A stretch of DNA of 64,000 nucleotides from Candidatus Pelagibacter sp. GTDB taxonomy: Bacteria > Pseudomonadota > Alphaproteobacteria > Pelagibacterales > Pelagibacteraceae. Positions within the stretch are counted from its first letter, which is position 1. The number at the start of each line of letters is the position of its first letter. Below the pieces are notes generated by a model. It was not told where the DNA came from, made no database searches, and saw only the letters and a program-made list of their open reading frames with translations. Made by a program: the position numbers and the translations under genes. The stretch is taken from positions 18,386-82,385 of the forward strand of contig JBJLDV010000016.1 of NCBI GenBank assembly GCA_045566195.1, given 5' to 3'. Shown here one piece after another: positions 34,452 to 44,063 of the stretch.

Positions 34452-35495
34452 TTATTTGAAAATTTCTGAGAAGTTTTTCCTATCTCTATTTTTCCATTCA
34501 CCTTTATGATATGCATCACTTGCAATTAGGGGCAAAACACTTGTTGCTTCAGCAAAGACCATTTGTTCTTTAGTTACATCAACTTTCCCCCATGAACTTG
34601 CCTCTTTAAGAGTAGAGCTGCTACAGGCACCATCTCTTGAATCGGCAACTGTAATTTGAACTGCGTATTTATGCATTTCAACATCTTTACCAAGAAGTTC
34701 CGCACAAATAACTGTATCTTGAATAAAATTTTTTGGAACTCCACCACCAATCATAAATAATCCTGATCCTTTCGATTGTATTTTTATTTCAGTTAATTCT
34801 CTAAACTCTCTTATAGAGTCAATAGTTATATGCTTACTTGGGTTTTTTTCTTGATGAATAACTAAACCAAATCCAGCACTAGAATCTGTAAATGCAGGAC
34901 AAAATATTGGAACATTGTTATCGTATGCTGTTTCTATTAAAGAGTCTTTTTTCTTAGAATTTTTTTTTAGATATTTACCCATCTCATGAATAAATTCTCT
35001 CGATGTGTAACTTCTTGGTTCCAGATTATCTGCTATTTCGCATATCTTTTTATCACATTCTTGTAATTCATCTTCATCAATGTATGTGTCATAAATTCTG
35101 TCGATATAGTTTTTTCTTAATTCAGTATCGTCTTGAAATTGAGATCCCTGATAGTGCTTAAAACCTAAGGCCTCAAAAAAATCCATGTCAATTATAGAAG
35201 CTCCAGTGGCAACTATAGCATCTACCATATTATATTTTACTAAATCTTTATAAATATTCATACATCCCGCGGCTGATGTAGAACCGGCTAATGTTAAAAA
35301 AATTGTACAGTCTTTATCTTTTAACATTTCATTATAAATATTGGCTGCATTAGCTGTTTCCCTTGAAACAAATGACATTTTTTCCATAGATGCAATTATT
35401 TTTCTAGAATCGAATGAAGTTATATCAATGTGCTCAACAGGTTTTTTTAGAAAATCTTTTTTGGTATTGTGTCCTAGATTTTTTTTATCTGACAT
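34452..35495 (-). CDS. speY: Deoxyhypusine synthase-like protein (homospermidine pathway, SpeY type)
   Basis: IDRIYD, PAFTDSS, GGGVPKNF, catalytic-Lys motif EASSWGKV, FAEAT. Confidence 0.9.
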   Translation of the reverse strand: MSDKKNLGHNTKKDFLKKPVEHIDITSFDSRKIIASMEKMSFVSRETANAANIYNEMLKDKDCTIFLTLAGSTSAAGCMNIYKDLVKYNMVDAIVATGASIIDMDFFEALGFKHYQGSQFQDDTELRKNYIDRIYDTYIDEDELQECDKKICEIADNLEPRSYTSREFIHEMGKYLKKNSKKKDSLIETAYDNNVPIFCPAFTDSSAGFGLVIHQEKNPSKHITIDSIREFRELTEIKIQSKGSGLFMIGGGVPKNFIQDTVICAELLGKDVEMHKYAVQITVADSRDGACSSSTLKEASSWGKVDVTKEQMVFAEATSVLPLIASDAYHKGEWKNRDRKNFSEIFK

Positions 35496-36674
35496 TTAGG
35501 CAACAAGAAACTCTTTATTGGTGCTGCCTTCATACATTGACATTATAGGCTTGTCTTCTAATTCATAAATTTCATTTGAGTAAAATCCATTAAATTGTGT
35601 TCTAAACGTCAAGCCATAACCACCAAGTTGGCCTAGTTCAATATAATCACCTTCTTTAACGTTATTTGGTAAAACAAAAGGACCTTTCATGTAGTCCATA
35701 CTATCGCAAGTTGGACCATAAAAATCAAAAGCAGTAAATTTTTTTGATATTACTTTTCCATTAGAAATTAATCTAGATGGAAATACTAAATTTGGAGAAC
35801 CTCCATCAAATAAAGATCCATATGTACCATCATTAATATATAATTTTTGTTTTTTTCTTAAAATTACTTTAACTACAGTTGAACCACTTTCAGCAACTAA
35901 TGCTCGTCCTGGTTCACAAATAATCTCAGGTTTTTTCTGTAGTTTAAGTTTTGAAAGACTTGTATTTATTTCTTCAAAATATTTATGTAAAGGTTGAGGA
36001 ATTAAATCAGGATATATAGATGGAAAACCACCCCCGACATTAATGTAATCAGGTTCAATTTTTGTTCTCTTAATAATATTATTTATTTCATCAATTCCTT
36101 TTGAGTATGAAATTGGATGCATACACTGAGAACCTACATGAAAACTTAAACCAATCTTTTTAGCATGTTGTTTTGCAAGCCTTAATAGTCCAGTGGCTTC
36201 GTGATTAGCAGCACCAAATTTTTTTGATAAATCAATTTCTGCATGTTCATTTGAAACAGATATTCTAACAAACAACTCTAGATCTTTAGCTTTATTGGTT
36301 GAATCAATAATTTTAATTAGTTCATCTTTGGTATCTAATGAAAATGACTTTACACCATATTTAAAGTATGCATCTTTAATGCTCTCTCTACTTTTTACCG
36401 TATGCATATAATGGCATTTAGCTTTTGGTGCTATTTCTTTTATCGTTTGAATTTCTTTAATTGAAGCAATGTCAAAATTATTAATTCCAGATTCATATAA
36501 TGTTTTTAGTACAAATTTATTTGGGTTAGTTTTTACAGCGTAAAGGATTTTACCTTTAAAGTTTTTTTGAAAAAAGTTTGAAGCTTTTTTTAACGATTCT
36601 CCTCTAATGCAGTAAACTGGATTAGATGGTTTAAGTTGATTTACTAGTTTATCAACACTTTTAAATTTTTCCAT
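35496..36674 (-). CDS. Fold-type III PLP decarboxylase (ODC-like, probably arginine decarboxylase)
   Basis: YAVKTN (PLP Lys), FDIAS, KFGA, SFHVGSQ, NVGGGFP, EPGR, GPTCDSMD. Confidence 0.88.
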   Translation of the reverse strand: MEKFKSVDKLVNQLKPSNPVYCIRGESLKKASNFFQKNFKGKILYAVKTNPNKFVLKTLYESGINNFDIASIKEIQTIKEIAPKAKCHYMHTVKSRESIKDAYFKYGVKSFSLDTKDELIKIIDSTNKAKDLELFVRISVSNEHAEIDLSKKFGAANHEATGLLRLAKQHAKKIGLSFHVGSQCMHPISYSKGIDEINNIIKRTKIEPDYINVGGGFPSIYPDLIPQPLHKYFEEINTSLSKLKLQKKPEIICEPGRALVAESGSTVVKVILRKKQKLYINDGTYGSLFDGGSPNLVFPSRLISNGKVISKKFTAFDFYGPTCDSMDYMKGPFVLPNNVKEGDYIELGQLGGYGLTFRTQFNGFYSNEIYELEDKPIMSMYEGSTNKEFLVA

Positions 36675-36701
36675 TTAGTAGCCCCTCAAAAAAAATCTAA
36701 C

Positions 36702-36733
36702 AAAAAAAATTTGCATATTTGATATGCAAATTT
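36702..36733 (-). promoter_or_regulatory. Perfect 12-bp inverted repeat with U-tract in the polyamine operon leader (attenuator-like hairpin or operator)
   Basis: AAATTTGCATAT-3 nt-ATATGCAAATTT at 36707-36733; on the minus strand it runs into a U8 tract; SD GAGGGG at 36687-36682. Confidence 0.6.
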
Positions 36734-36748
36734 GTTAACTTAAGTGAA

Positions 36749-36777
36749 TAGTTATGAAATATGGTAGGTAATGTAAA
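36749..36777 (-). promoter_or_regulatory. Putative sigma70 promoter of the polyamine operon
   Basis: TTTACA-17 nt-TAACTA on the minus strand. Confidence 0.45.
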
Positions 36778-36853
36778 GTATTTATTTCAGATAGTTATCT
36801 ACTGCTCAATAGCCCATTGAAATTTTAATTAAGTTAACTATATAAGTTGTCTA

Positions 36854-37408
36854 ATGACTAACATTCAAAAAATAACGGATTTTAAGGATAATTCACTACT
36901 TATCGTAGACGATGACAATCCATTTAGAGAGAGACTAGCTAGAGCAATGGAGAAGAAGGGCTTCATAGTTTCTCAAGCTCAAGGTGTAAAAGTTGGAATT
37001 GAGGCAGTTAAGTCAAAAAAGCCTGCTTTTGCAGTTGTTGATCTTAGGCTTGGTGATGGCAATGGTCTAGAAGTTGTAAAAGAAATTCAAACTACCAATC
37101 CAGAGAGCAGAATAATTATGTTAACTGGTTATGGAAATATTCCAACTGCAGTTGCAGCTATAAAAGAGGGTGCCATTGATTATCTTGCAAAGCCTGCTGA
37201 TGCTGATGATGTTGAAAAAGCATTATTGGCTGATCCAAAGACTAAAGCTCAACCACCTGAAAATCCTATGTCAGCTGATAGGGTTAAATGGGAACACATA
37301 CATAGAGTATTTGAACTTTGCAATAGAAATGTTTCAGAAACGGCAAGAAGACTAAAAATGCATAGACGAACGTTGCAAAGAATTTTGTCTAAAAGATCTC
37401 CTAAATAA
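36854..37408 (+). CDS. regA: RegA/PrrA/ActR redox response regulator
   Basis: Receiver domain plus the highly conserved MSADRVKWEHIHRV...NVSETARRLKMHRRTLQRILSKRSP HTH. Confidence 0.96.
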   Translation: MTNIQKITDFKDNSLLIVDDDNPFRERLARAMEKKGFIVSQAQGVKVGIEAVKSKKPAFAVVDLRLGDGNGLEVVKEIQTTNPESRIIMLTGYGNIPTAVAAIKEGAIDYLAKPADADDVEKALLADPKTKAQPPENPMSADRVKWEHIHRVFELCNRNVSETARRLKMHRRTLQRILSKRSPK

Positions 37409-37952
37409 ATTTTCTTAATTTTAATATTTTTTTTGCAAGTAGGGATATTAATAAAACCTTAAACAGTTCGGCATATAGAAATGGTAATGCACCTAATTCA
37501 AAAATAGGTTTATCCCATCCAATTAGTGTACCAAGCCATATTAAACCGAAAAGATATATAAATGAGACTGCAAAAGTTAATTTAATAAAGACCATTAAAA
37601 AATTTGTTTTTAAATTTAAATAGCCTGATAGAAAAGTAGTGAATAAAAAACCAATTAAGTATCCCATAGTAGGTCCAATAAAATATACAAAACCAATACC
37701 TTTTTCAGGAGAATTAGAAAATACTGGTAAACCTAATATACCTTCAATCAAATATAGTCCTACTGTAGCAAGAGCCAATTTATGTCCAAGGGTAATACCA
37801 AGTAAAATAACTACAAAAGTTTGCATTGTCATTGGCACAGGATAGAAAGGAATTTTAATTTTTGCAGAAAGAGTTAGAAGTAAAGATCCTATAATTGTTA
37901 TAATGATAACTCTAAGGACTTTATGATTATATAAAGTTTTTACACTATCCAT
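37401..37952 (-). CDS. bioY: Biotin transporter BioY (S component)
   Basis: PVPMTMQTF, YLIEGILGLPVFS, GPTMGYLIGF. Confidence 0.93.
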   Translation of the reverse strand: MDSVKTLYNHKVLRVIIITIIGSLLLTLSAKIKIPFYPVPMTMQTFVVILLGITLGHKLALATVGLYLIEGILGLPVFSNSPEKGIGFVYFIGPTMGYLIGFLFTTFLSGYLNLKTNFLMVFIKLTFAVSFIYLFGLIWLGTLIGWDKPIFELGALPFLYAELFKVLLISLLAKKILKLRKFI

Positions 37953-37982
37953 ACTTTATATTACTCTTTTAGTTATAATAAG

Positions 37983-38912
37983 CTAGCTTTTTGTTAGCCC
38001 CAAATAAACATCTTCTATATTAGCATCATCAGTAGCGATATCTAAAATTTTAATATTTTGTTTTGAAAGAAGTAAAATAATATCCTCAATTTTAAGTTTA
38101 CTTTTTTCATATGAAACCGTAATTTTATTATTGTTATTTGATATTATCTTTAAAGTATTTAAAGTTGTTATATCTAAAGACAAGGCTTTGTCTAAAGTAA
38201 ATGTGACTATTTTTGTTTGAATTTTATCTATTAAGTTTTTTGTAGTATCTAAAGCTACTAAATTTCCATTACTTAAAATTCCGATCCTATCACACATTTC
38301 TTCAGCCTCCATTAAGTAATGAGTTGTAAGAATAACAGTCACACCTTGTTTATTAAGAAGTTTGACATTTTCCCACAATTGTTGTCTTAATTCTAAATCC
38401 ACACCTGCTGTTGGTTCATCTAGAAACAATATTGGGGGTTGATGAACTAGAGCTTTAGCAATTAGTAATCTCCTTTTCATTCCACCAGACAAGCTTCTGG
38501 CGTAACTATCTGACTGTTTATCTAAAGCTACCAACTTAAGTATATCATCTGTTATACGGTCTTTTTTTTTGATGCCATACATACCGGCAAGCAAATCAAG
38601 TAGTTTTCTTGGGCTAAAAAAAGGATCTAAATTTACCTCTTGAGGAACTATTCCTATAGAAGCTCTGACTTGTCTTGGGTTTTTATCTAAATCAAATCCC
38701 CATACGCTAACTATTCCAGAAGTCTTTACCACAGTGCCTCCAAGGATATTTATAAATGTAGATTTACCAGCACCATTAGGGCCTAATAAACCAAATATTT
38801 CCCCTTCTTTCACCTCTAAGTTTAAATTATTTAGTGCATTTACAGTTGAAGAACCATTTTTCGAATAAATTTTGTTTAAATTTTTTACTGATAATACGTT
38901 TTTTTTTTCCAT
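37983..38912 (-). CDS. ABC-2-type exporter ATP-binding protein (YadG-like)
   Basis: GPNGAGKST, VPQE, LSGGMKRR, LDEPTAGVD, LTTHY. Confidence 0.9.
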   Translation of the reverse strand: MEKKNVLSVKNLNKIYSKNGSSTVNALNNLNLEVKEGEIFGLLGPNGAGKSTFINILGGTVVKTSGIVSVWGFDLDKNPRQVRASIGIVPQEVNLDPFFSPRKLLDLLAGMYGIKKKDRITDDILKLVALDKQSDSYARSLSGGMKRRLLIAKALVHQPPILFLDEPTAGVDLELRQQLWENVKLLNKQGVTVILTTHYLMEAEEMCDRIGILSNGNLVALDTTKNLIDKIQTKIVTFTLDKALSLDITTLNTLKIISNNNNKITVSYEKSKLKIEDIILLLSKQNIKILDIATDDANIEDVYLGLTKS

Positions 38913-38960
38913 AATGATTTATACATTTATAACATACATATAAGTTAAGCTAATACATTA

Positions 38961-41732
38961 ATGACCAAAATTAAAAAAACTGACCACTTTTATTTGATTG
39001 ACGGATCTGGGTATATATTCAGAGCCTATTATGCCTTACCTCCATTAACCAGAAAGAGTGATGGGATGCCAACAGGAGCAGTCAGTGGTTTTTGTAGCAT
39101 GCTTTTTAAATTACTAGAGGACTCAAAGTCAAAAGAAAATTTACAAAAACCCTCTCACTTTGCTGTTATCTTTGACTCAGCTAGAAAAAATTTTAGAAAT
39201 GAAATTTATAGTGACTATAAGGGAAATAGATCGGATGCACCTGATGATCTAATTCCACAATTTGAATTCATAAGAAAATCAGTACTAGCATTCAATTTGC
39301 CATCTATTGAAATGTTAAATTATGAAGCAGATGATTTGATAGCGACTTATGTTGAGCAGATATTAGAAATTGGAGCAAAAGTAACAATTGTTTCATCTGA
39401 CAAAGACCTTATGCAGCTATATAAAAAGGGAGTTCGAATTTATGATCCAATGAAGAACAAATTTATCACTGAAGATGATGTTCATAATAAATTTGGTGTT
39501 ACAGCAGATAAAGTTATTGATGTTCAATCACTTGCGGGTGATAGTAGTGATAACGTACCAGGTGTGCCTGGAATTGGTGTAAAAACTGCAGCTGAGTTAA
39601 TTAATAAATATGGAAATTTAGAAAAACTTTTAGAAAAAGCAGATGAAATAAAACAAAATAAAAGAAGAGAAACAATTTTAGAAAATAAAGAAAAAGCAAT
39701 AATTAGTAAAAAGCTAGTTACTCTTAAAAAAGACGTGCCTATCAAAGAAAAATTAGAAAATTTTATTTTAAAAGAAATTGATAAAGATAAGTTGTTTAAT
39801 TTTTTAAGAGAAATGGAATTTAATAGATTATTAAGTAGTGTTATTTCACTATACGGTGAACCTAAATTTAAAAATGAAGTTACCAATTTATCTGACAATA
39901 AAAATACAGAAATTAATACTAAAAACTATAAACTAATAAGTAAAATTGATGAATTAGATCAATGGATAAAAGAGGCAGAGGAAAATGGAGAGCTTGCTAT
40001 TGATACCGAAACTACTTCATTGGACCCTCATCAAGCAGATTTAGTAGGTATTTCTATGTCAACAAAAATAGGCAAAGCATGTTATATTCCAATTTCTCAC
40101 TCATCGGGAAATTGTTTAGACAAAAAAAAAGTTATAAATAAACTTAAACCATTATTGGAAGATAAATCTGTTAAAAAGATAGGCCAAAATATTAAGTTTG
40201 ACTACATAATTTTTTATCATCAAGGAATAAACCTAAATTCATTAGAGGATACAATGCTTATTTCTTATGTATTAGATGCAGGAAAAAATCGACATAACAT
40301 GGATACTTTGTCAGAAATTCACTTAGCCCATAAACCAATATCTTTTAAAGATATAGTTGGGACTGGAAAAAAACAAATTAATTTTAAAGATGTAGATATC
40401 CCCAAAGCTCTCGAGTATGCAGCTGAGGATGCTGATATTACATTTAGACTTTATAAAATTTTAAAAGGAAATCTTAATAGAGAAAAATTGACAAATATTT
40501 ATGAAATATTTGAAAAACCTTTAATTAAAATTCTAGCTAATATGGAAATTGAGGGAATAAAGGTTGATGATAAATTTTTAAATATATTATCTAAAAAGTT
40601 TGAAAAAAAAATTAAGGATTTAGAAAAAAAAATTTTCAAGATATCAAAAAAAGAATTTAATATTGCCTCTACTAAACAGTTGGGAGAAATAATGTATAAT
40701 GAGCTAAAAATCTCAACATTGAAAAAAACAAAAAAAGGTAGCTTTGCTACAAGTGCATCTGTCCTTGAAGATCTAGCTTTCAAAGGAAATGAATTACCAA
40801 AATTGATACTAGAATGGAGACAAATATCAAAATTAAAAAATACTTACTCTGACTCTCTTCAGGAACATATAAATCCAAATACTAAAAGAGTACACACATC
40901 ATTTCTTTTGGCAGCCACAACGACTGGAAGATTAGCATCAAGTGATCCAAACTTACAGAATATACCCATTAAAACTGAAGATGGAAAAGAAATAAGAAAA
41001 TCGTTCGTAGCTGAGAAAGGAAAAATATTAATATCTGCAGATTATAATCAAATTGAGATGAGAATATTAGCTGATTTAGCAGATGTAAAAGAATTAAAAA
41101 AGGCTTTTAAAAACAATCAAGATATTCATTCATTAACTGCAAGCCAAATATTTAATTGTGATATTAAAAAAATTAACTCTGATATGAGAAGGAAGGCAAA
41201 AGCTATTAACTTTGGTATAATTTACGGAATCTCACAATATGGACTTGCAAAACAGATCATGGTTACAAACGATGAAGCACAAGATTTTTTAAAATCTTAT
41301 TTTCTAAAATTTCCAGAAATAAAAGACTATATGGATAAAACAATTAAGTTTTGTAGAAAGAGTGGTTTTGTAAGTAATATATTTGGGAGAAGAAGTCATA
41401 TAACAGGAATAAATGATAAAAACTTTAATGTAAGAAATTTTCAAGAAAGAGCTGCAATTAACGCACCAATACAAGGATCAGCCTCGGAGATTATGAGATT
41501 AGCAATGATTAGATTAAATAAAAAACTTGAGGAAACTAGAAATAACGATTGTAAAATATTACTTCAAATACACGATGAATTAATTTTTGAGGTACCAAAA
41601 AATAATGAAAAAGAACTTATAGATTTGATTGTAAGTGAAATGACAAGTGTTAAAGATAGTGATTTGCATACTTTTTCAACTCCTTTGACAGTTGATATAA
41701 ATTCTGGTGAAAATTGGGGAATACTTCACTAA
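38961..41732 (+). CDS. polA: DNA polymerase I
   Basis: 5'-3' exo (LIDGS..IFRAYYA, EADD), 3'-5' exo (DTET, YAAEDA), polymerase motifs ADYNQIEMR, KAINFGIIYG, QIHDEL. Confidence 0.98.
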   Translation: MTKIKKTDHFYLIDGSGYIFRAYYALPPLTRKSDGMPTGAVSGFCSMLFKLLEDSKSKENLQKPSHFAVIFDSARKNFRNEIYSDYKGNRSDAPDDLIPQFEFIRKSVLAFNLPSIEMLNYEADDLIATYVEQILEIGAKVTIVSSDKDLMQLYKKGVRIYDPMKNKFITEDDVHNKFGVTADKVIDVQSLAGDSSDNVPGVPGIGVKTAAELINKYGNLEKLLEKADEIKQNKRRETILENKEKAIISKKLVTLKKDVPIKEKLENFILKEIDKDKLFNFLREMEFNRLLSSVISLYGEPKFKNEVTNLSDNKNTEINTKNYKLISKIDELDQWIKEAEENGELAIDTETTSLDPHQADLVGISMSTKIGKACYIPISHSSGNCLDKKKVINKLKPLLEDKSVKKIGQNIKFDYIIFYHQGINLNSLEDTMLISYVLDAGKNRHNMDTLSEIHLAHKPISFKDIVGTGKKQINFKDVDIPKALEYAAEDADITFRLYKILKGNLNREKLTNIYEIFEKPLIKILANMEIEGIKVDDKFLNILSKKFEKKIKDLEKKIFKISKKEFNIASTKQLGEIMYNELKISTLKKTKKGSFATSASVLEDLAFKGNELPKLILEWRQISKLKNTYSDSLQEHINPNTKRVHTSFLLAATTTGRLASSDPNLQNIPIKTEDGKEIRKSFVAEKGKILISADYNQIEMRILADLADVKELKKAFKNNQDIHSLTASQIFNCDIKKINSDMRRKAKAINFGIIYGISQYGLAKQIMVTNDEAQDFLKSYFLKFPEIKDYMDKTIKFCRKSGFVSNIFGRRSHITGINDKNFNVRNFQERAAINAPIQGSASEIMRLAMIRLNKKLEETRNNDCKILLQIHDELIFEVPKNNEKELIDLIVSEMTSVKDSDLHTFSTPLTVDINSGENWGILH

Positions 41733-41741
41733 TTAGATTTC

Positions 41742-41770
41742 TTGCCCAAATTAGAACAATTTAGTATTTT
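41742..41770 (+). promoter_or_regulatory. Putative sigma70 promoter of chvIG
   Basis: TTGCCC-17 nt-TATTTT, ending 11 nt before the ATG. Confidence 0.45.
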
Positions 41771-41781
41771 TAATAGTATTA

Positions 41782-42483
41782 ATGACTCAAACAATTGCCC
41801 TTATTGATGATGATAGAAATATATTAACTAGTATAAGTATAGCTTTAGAAAAAGAGGGTTTTAAGGTTCAAACGTATTTAGACGGTGAAAGCGCTTTAAT
41901 TGGATTAACACGACAACCACCCGATTTAGCAATAATTGATATTAAAATGCCAAAAATGGATGGAGAAGAATTGCTAAAAAAACTGAGAAAAAAAACTTCT
42001 ATGCCAGTAATATTTTTAACATCTAAAGATGATGAGATAGATGAACTTTTGGGATTAAAACTAGGAGCAGATGATTTTGTAAAAAAATCAGGTGGATTTT
42101 CTATTAAAGTTTTAATTGAGAGAATTAGGGTACAATTAAGAAAAAAAACCCAAAATAACATAGAGGAAACTAAAAATGTCATATCGCACGGTAAGCTTAA
42201 ATTGGATCCGTCACAGTTAGAATGTGAATGGGATGGAAAACAATTACCTGATAAACTTACAACTACAGAATTTTTAATTGTTCAAGAATTAGCAAAAAGA
42301 CCAGGAATAATTAAAGAAAGATCTCAATTGATGGACATAGCTTATAGAGAAGATACAGATATTGAGGATAGAACTATTGATAGCCATGTAAAAAGAATAA
42401 GAAAAAAATTTAAAAAAGTTGATAATAATTTTTCTGCAATTGAAACACGTTATGGAAGTGGTTATAGATGGAATGTTAGCTAA
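41782..42483 (+). CDS. chvI: OmpR-family response regulator ChvI
   Basis: IALIDDDRNILTSI, DIKMPKMDG, FLTSKDDEIDE, DRTIDSHVKRIRKKF. Confidence 0.93.
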   Translation: MTQTIALIDDDRNILTSISIALEKEGFKVQTYLDGESALIGLTRQPPDLAIIDIKMPKMDGEELLKKLRKKTSMPVIFLTSKDDEIDELLGLKLGADDFVKKSGGFSIKVLIERIRVQLRKKTQNNIEETKNVISHGKLKLDPSQLECEWDGKQLPDKLTTTEFLIVQELAKRPGIIKERSQLMDIAYREDTDIEDRTIDSHVKRIRKKFKKVDNNFSAIETRYGSGYRWNVS

Positions 42484-42485
42484 CT

Positions 42486-44018
42486 ATGGTATCTTTAATA
42501 AAGGACCTATCAATATTAAGAAAATTTTTATTTATTAACCTTATTGTTTTTATAGTTATTGGCATATTAACTGTTGCATATCTTAAAAGTATTCAACCAG
42601 GACTAATAAAAAAAAAAACTTCAAATCATATAAGAGTAATTGATAATACAATTGATCATATAAAAAGATTAAATATTGAATTCAGCAATAAAGATATTAA
42701 AAAATTTCTTTTATCTACAAGGTTTTTATTTCAGAATTTAGATAGAGTAATTTTTCTTGATGATAAAAATAATTTAATAGCGGACACTGATACTTTAGAT
42801 CTAGATCCTAGATCTTTTTCCCAAAGACTGGAAATAATAGAATTTGAGAACCTAACAGTAGAAAAAAAAATCGAAGTTGAAGAAAAAAAAGAAATTTCTA
42901 CTAATAAAACTTTAACAATTAAAGAAATTGTAAACATTTATTCAAATTCTAGAGATTTTGGTAGACCTTATACATTTACACAAGAATTTTATGATAGATA
43001 TGTATTAACTACTATTAAGAATGTTTCATTAGATGATGAAAATGTTGGGTATATATTAATTTCTGAAAATTCAAATGAAATCAAAACAGCGATTGATGAA
43101 AGAAAAATATTTATAATAAGAACTGCAATATTAGTTGCAATTGTAATATTAGTATTTTCAATTGTTTTGAATAGATTTTTTTTAAAACCAATTGGAAATT
43201 TGGTTGATTATACAAAAATTATTAAGAGCAAAAGTAATAAAAAAACAAAAATTGAAAATCTCAAGAAAAGAAAGGATGAACTAGGTATTTTAACTAATTC
43301 ACTTGATGATATGACGCAAGAATTACAAAGTCGAGCTAATATTGCTGAAAACTTTTCTACAGATTTGGTTCATGAAATAAGAAATCCACTTGCTTCCTTA
43401 AAAAGTGCCTCTGAAATTATATCTGAAACAGAAGATAAAAATCAAAGAGACAAATTAGTAAATATATTGAGTCATGATGTGGAAAGAATTGAAAGATTAA
43501 TAACAGACTATTCTCAAATGCTAAAAGATGAAGTTGCTATAACAAAAGAACAAATGAGCAAAATTGACTTAAAAGAAATTGTAAATTCTGTTGTCGATGA
43601 TTTTAATAGTATTTATTCACCTAAGAGAGGCATTAAAATATCTTTAGAACTTAATGATAAATACAAAAAGTATGAGATTTATGGAATTGAAAATAGGATC
43701 GAACAAATATTGGCAAATCTTTTAGAAAATTCAATCTCTTTTAGTAAAGATAACCAAGAAATCACGGTTAAATTGAATAAAAATAATAATAATATTACTC
43801 TTGATGTAATCGATCAGGGAATTGGTTTTAAAGAAAAGGATACAAACAAAATCTTTAACAGATTTTATAGTAATAGGCCTGAAAAATTTGGAGAACATTC
43901 AGGCTTAGGCTTGAATATTGTGAAAAATTTAATTGATTTACACGGGGGGAAAATCATCGCAGGCAATAATTTGAATAAAAAGGGTGCAAAAATAGAGATT
44001 ATTTTCCCAAATGCCTAA
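42486..44018 (+). CDS. chvG: Sensor histidine kinase ChvG
   Basis: Two TM helices, HAMP, H-box HEIRNPLASL, RFYSNRP...FGEHSGLGL; follows chvI. Confidence 0.9.
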   Translation: MVSLIKDLSILRKFLFINLIVFIVIGILTVAYLKSIQPGLIKKKTSNHIRVIDNTIDHIKRLNIEFSNKDIKKFLLSTRFLFQNLDRVIFLDDKNNLIADTDTLDLDPRSFSQRLEIIEFENLTVEKKIEVEEKKEISTNKTLTIKEIVNIYSNSRDFGRPYTFTQEFYDRYVLTTIKNVSLDDENVGYILISENSNEIKTAIDERKIFIIRTAILVAIVILVFSIVLNRFFLKPIGNLVDYTKIIKSKSNKKTKIENLKKRKDELGILTNSLDDMTQELQSRANIAENFSTDLVHEIRNPLASLKSASEIISETEDKNQRDKLVNILSHDVERIERLITDYSQMLKDEVAITKEQMSKIDLKEIVNSVVDDFNSIYSPKRGIKISLELNDKYKKYEIYGIENRIEQILANLLENSISFSKDNQEITVKLNKNNNNITLDVIDQGIGFKEKDTNKIFNRFYSNRPEKFGEHSGLGLNIVKNLIDLHGGKIIAGNNLNKKGAKIEIIFPNA

Positions 44019-44025
44019 AGTAAAG

Positions 44026-44054
44026 TTGATTAATTTATAATATGTTGTTAAACA
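44026..44054 (+). promoter_or_regulatory. Putative sigma70 promoter of ahcY
   Basis: TTGATT-17 nt-TAAACA, ending 9 nt before the ATG. Confidence 0.5.
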
Positions 44055-44063
44055 TTTGCCCTT

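Noticed and set aside
36806-36820. Small inverted repeat TCAAT-AGCCC-ATTGA and a 3-codon uORF (MGY) on the minus strand
   Set aside because: The stem is only 5 bp, lies upstream of the predicted polyamine promoter and overlaps the likely regA -35 box; consistent with chance.
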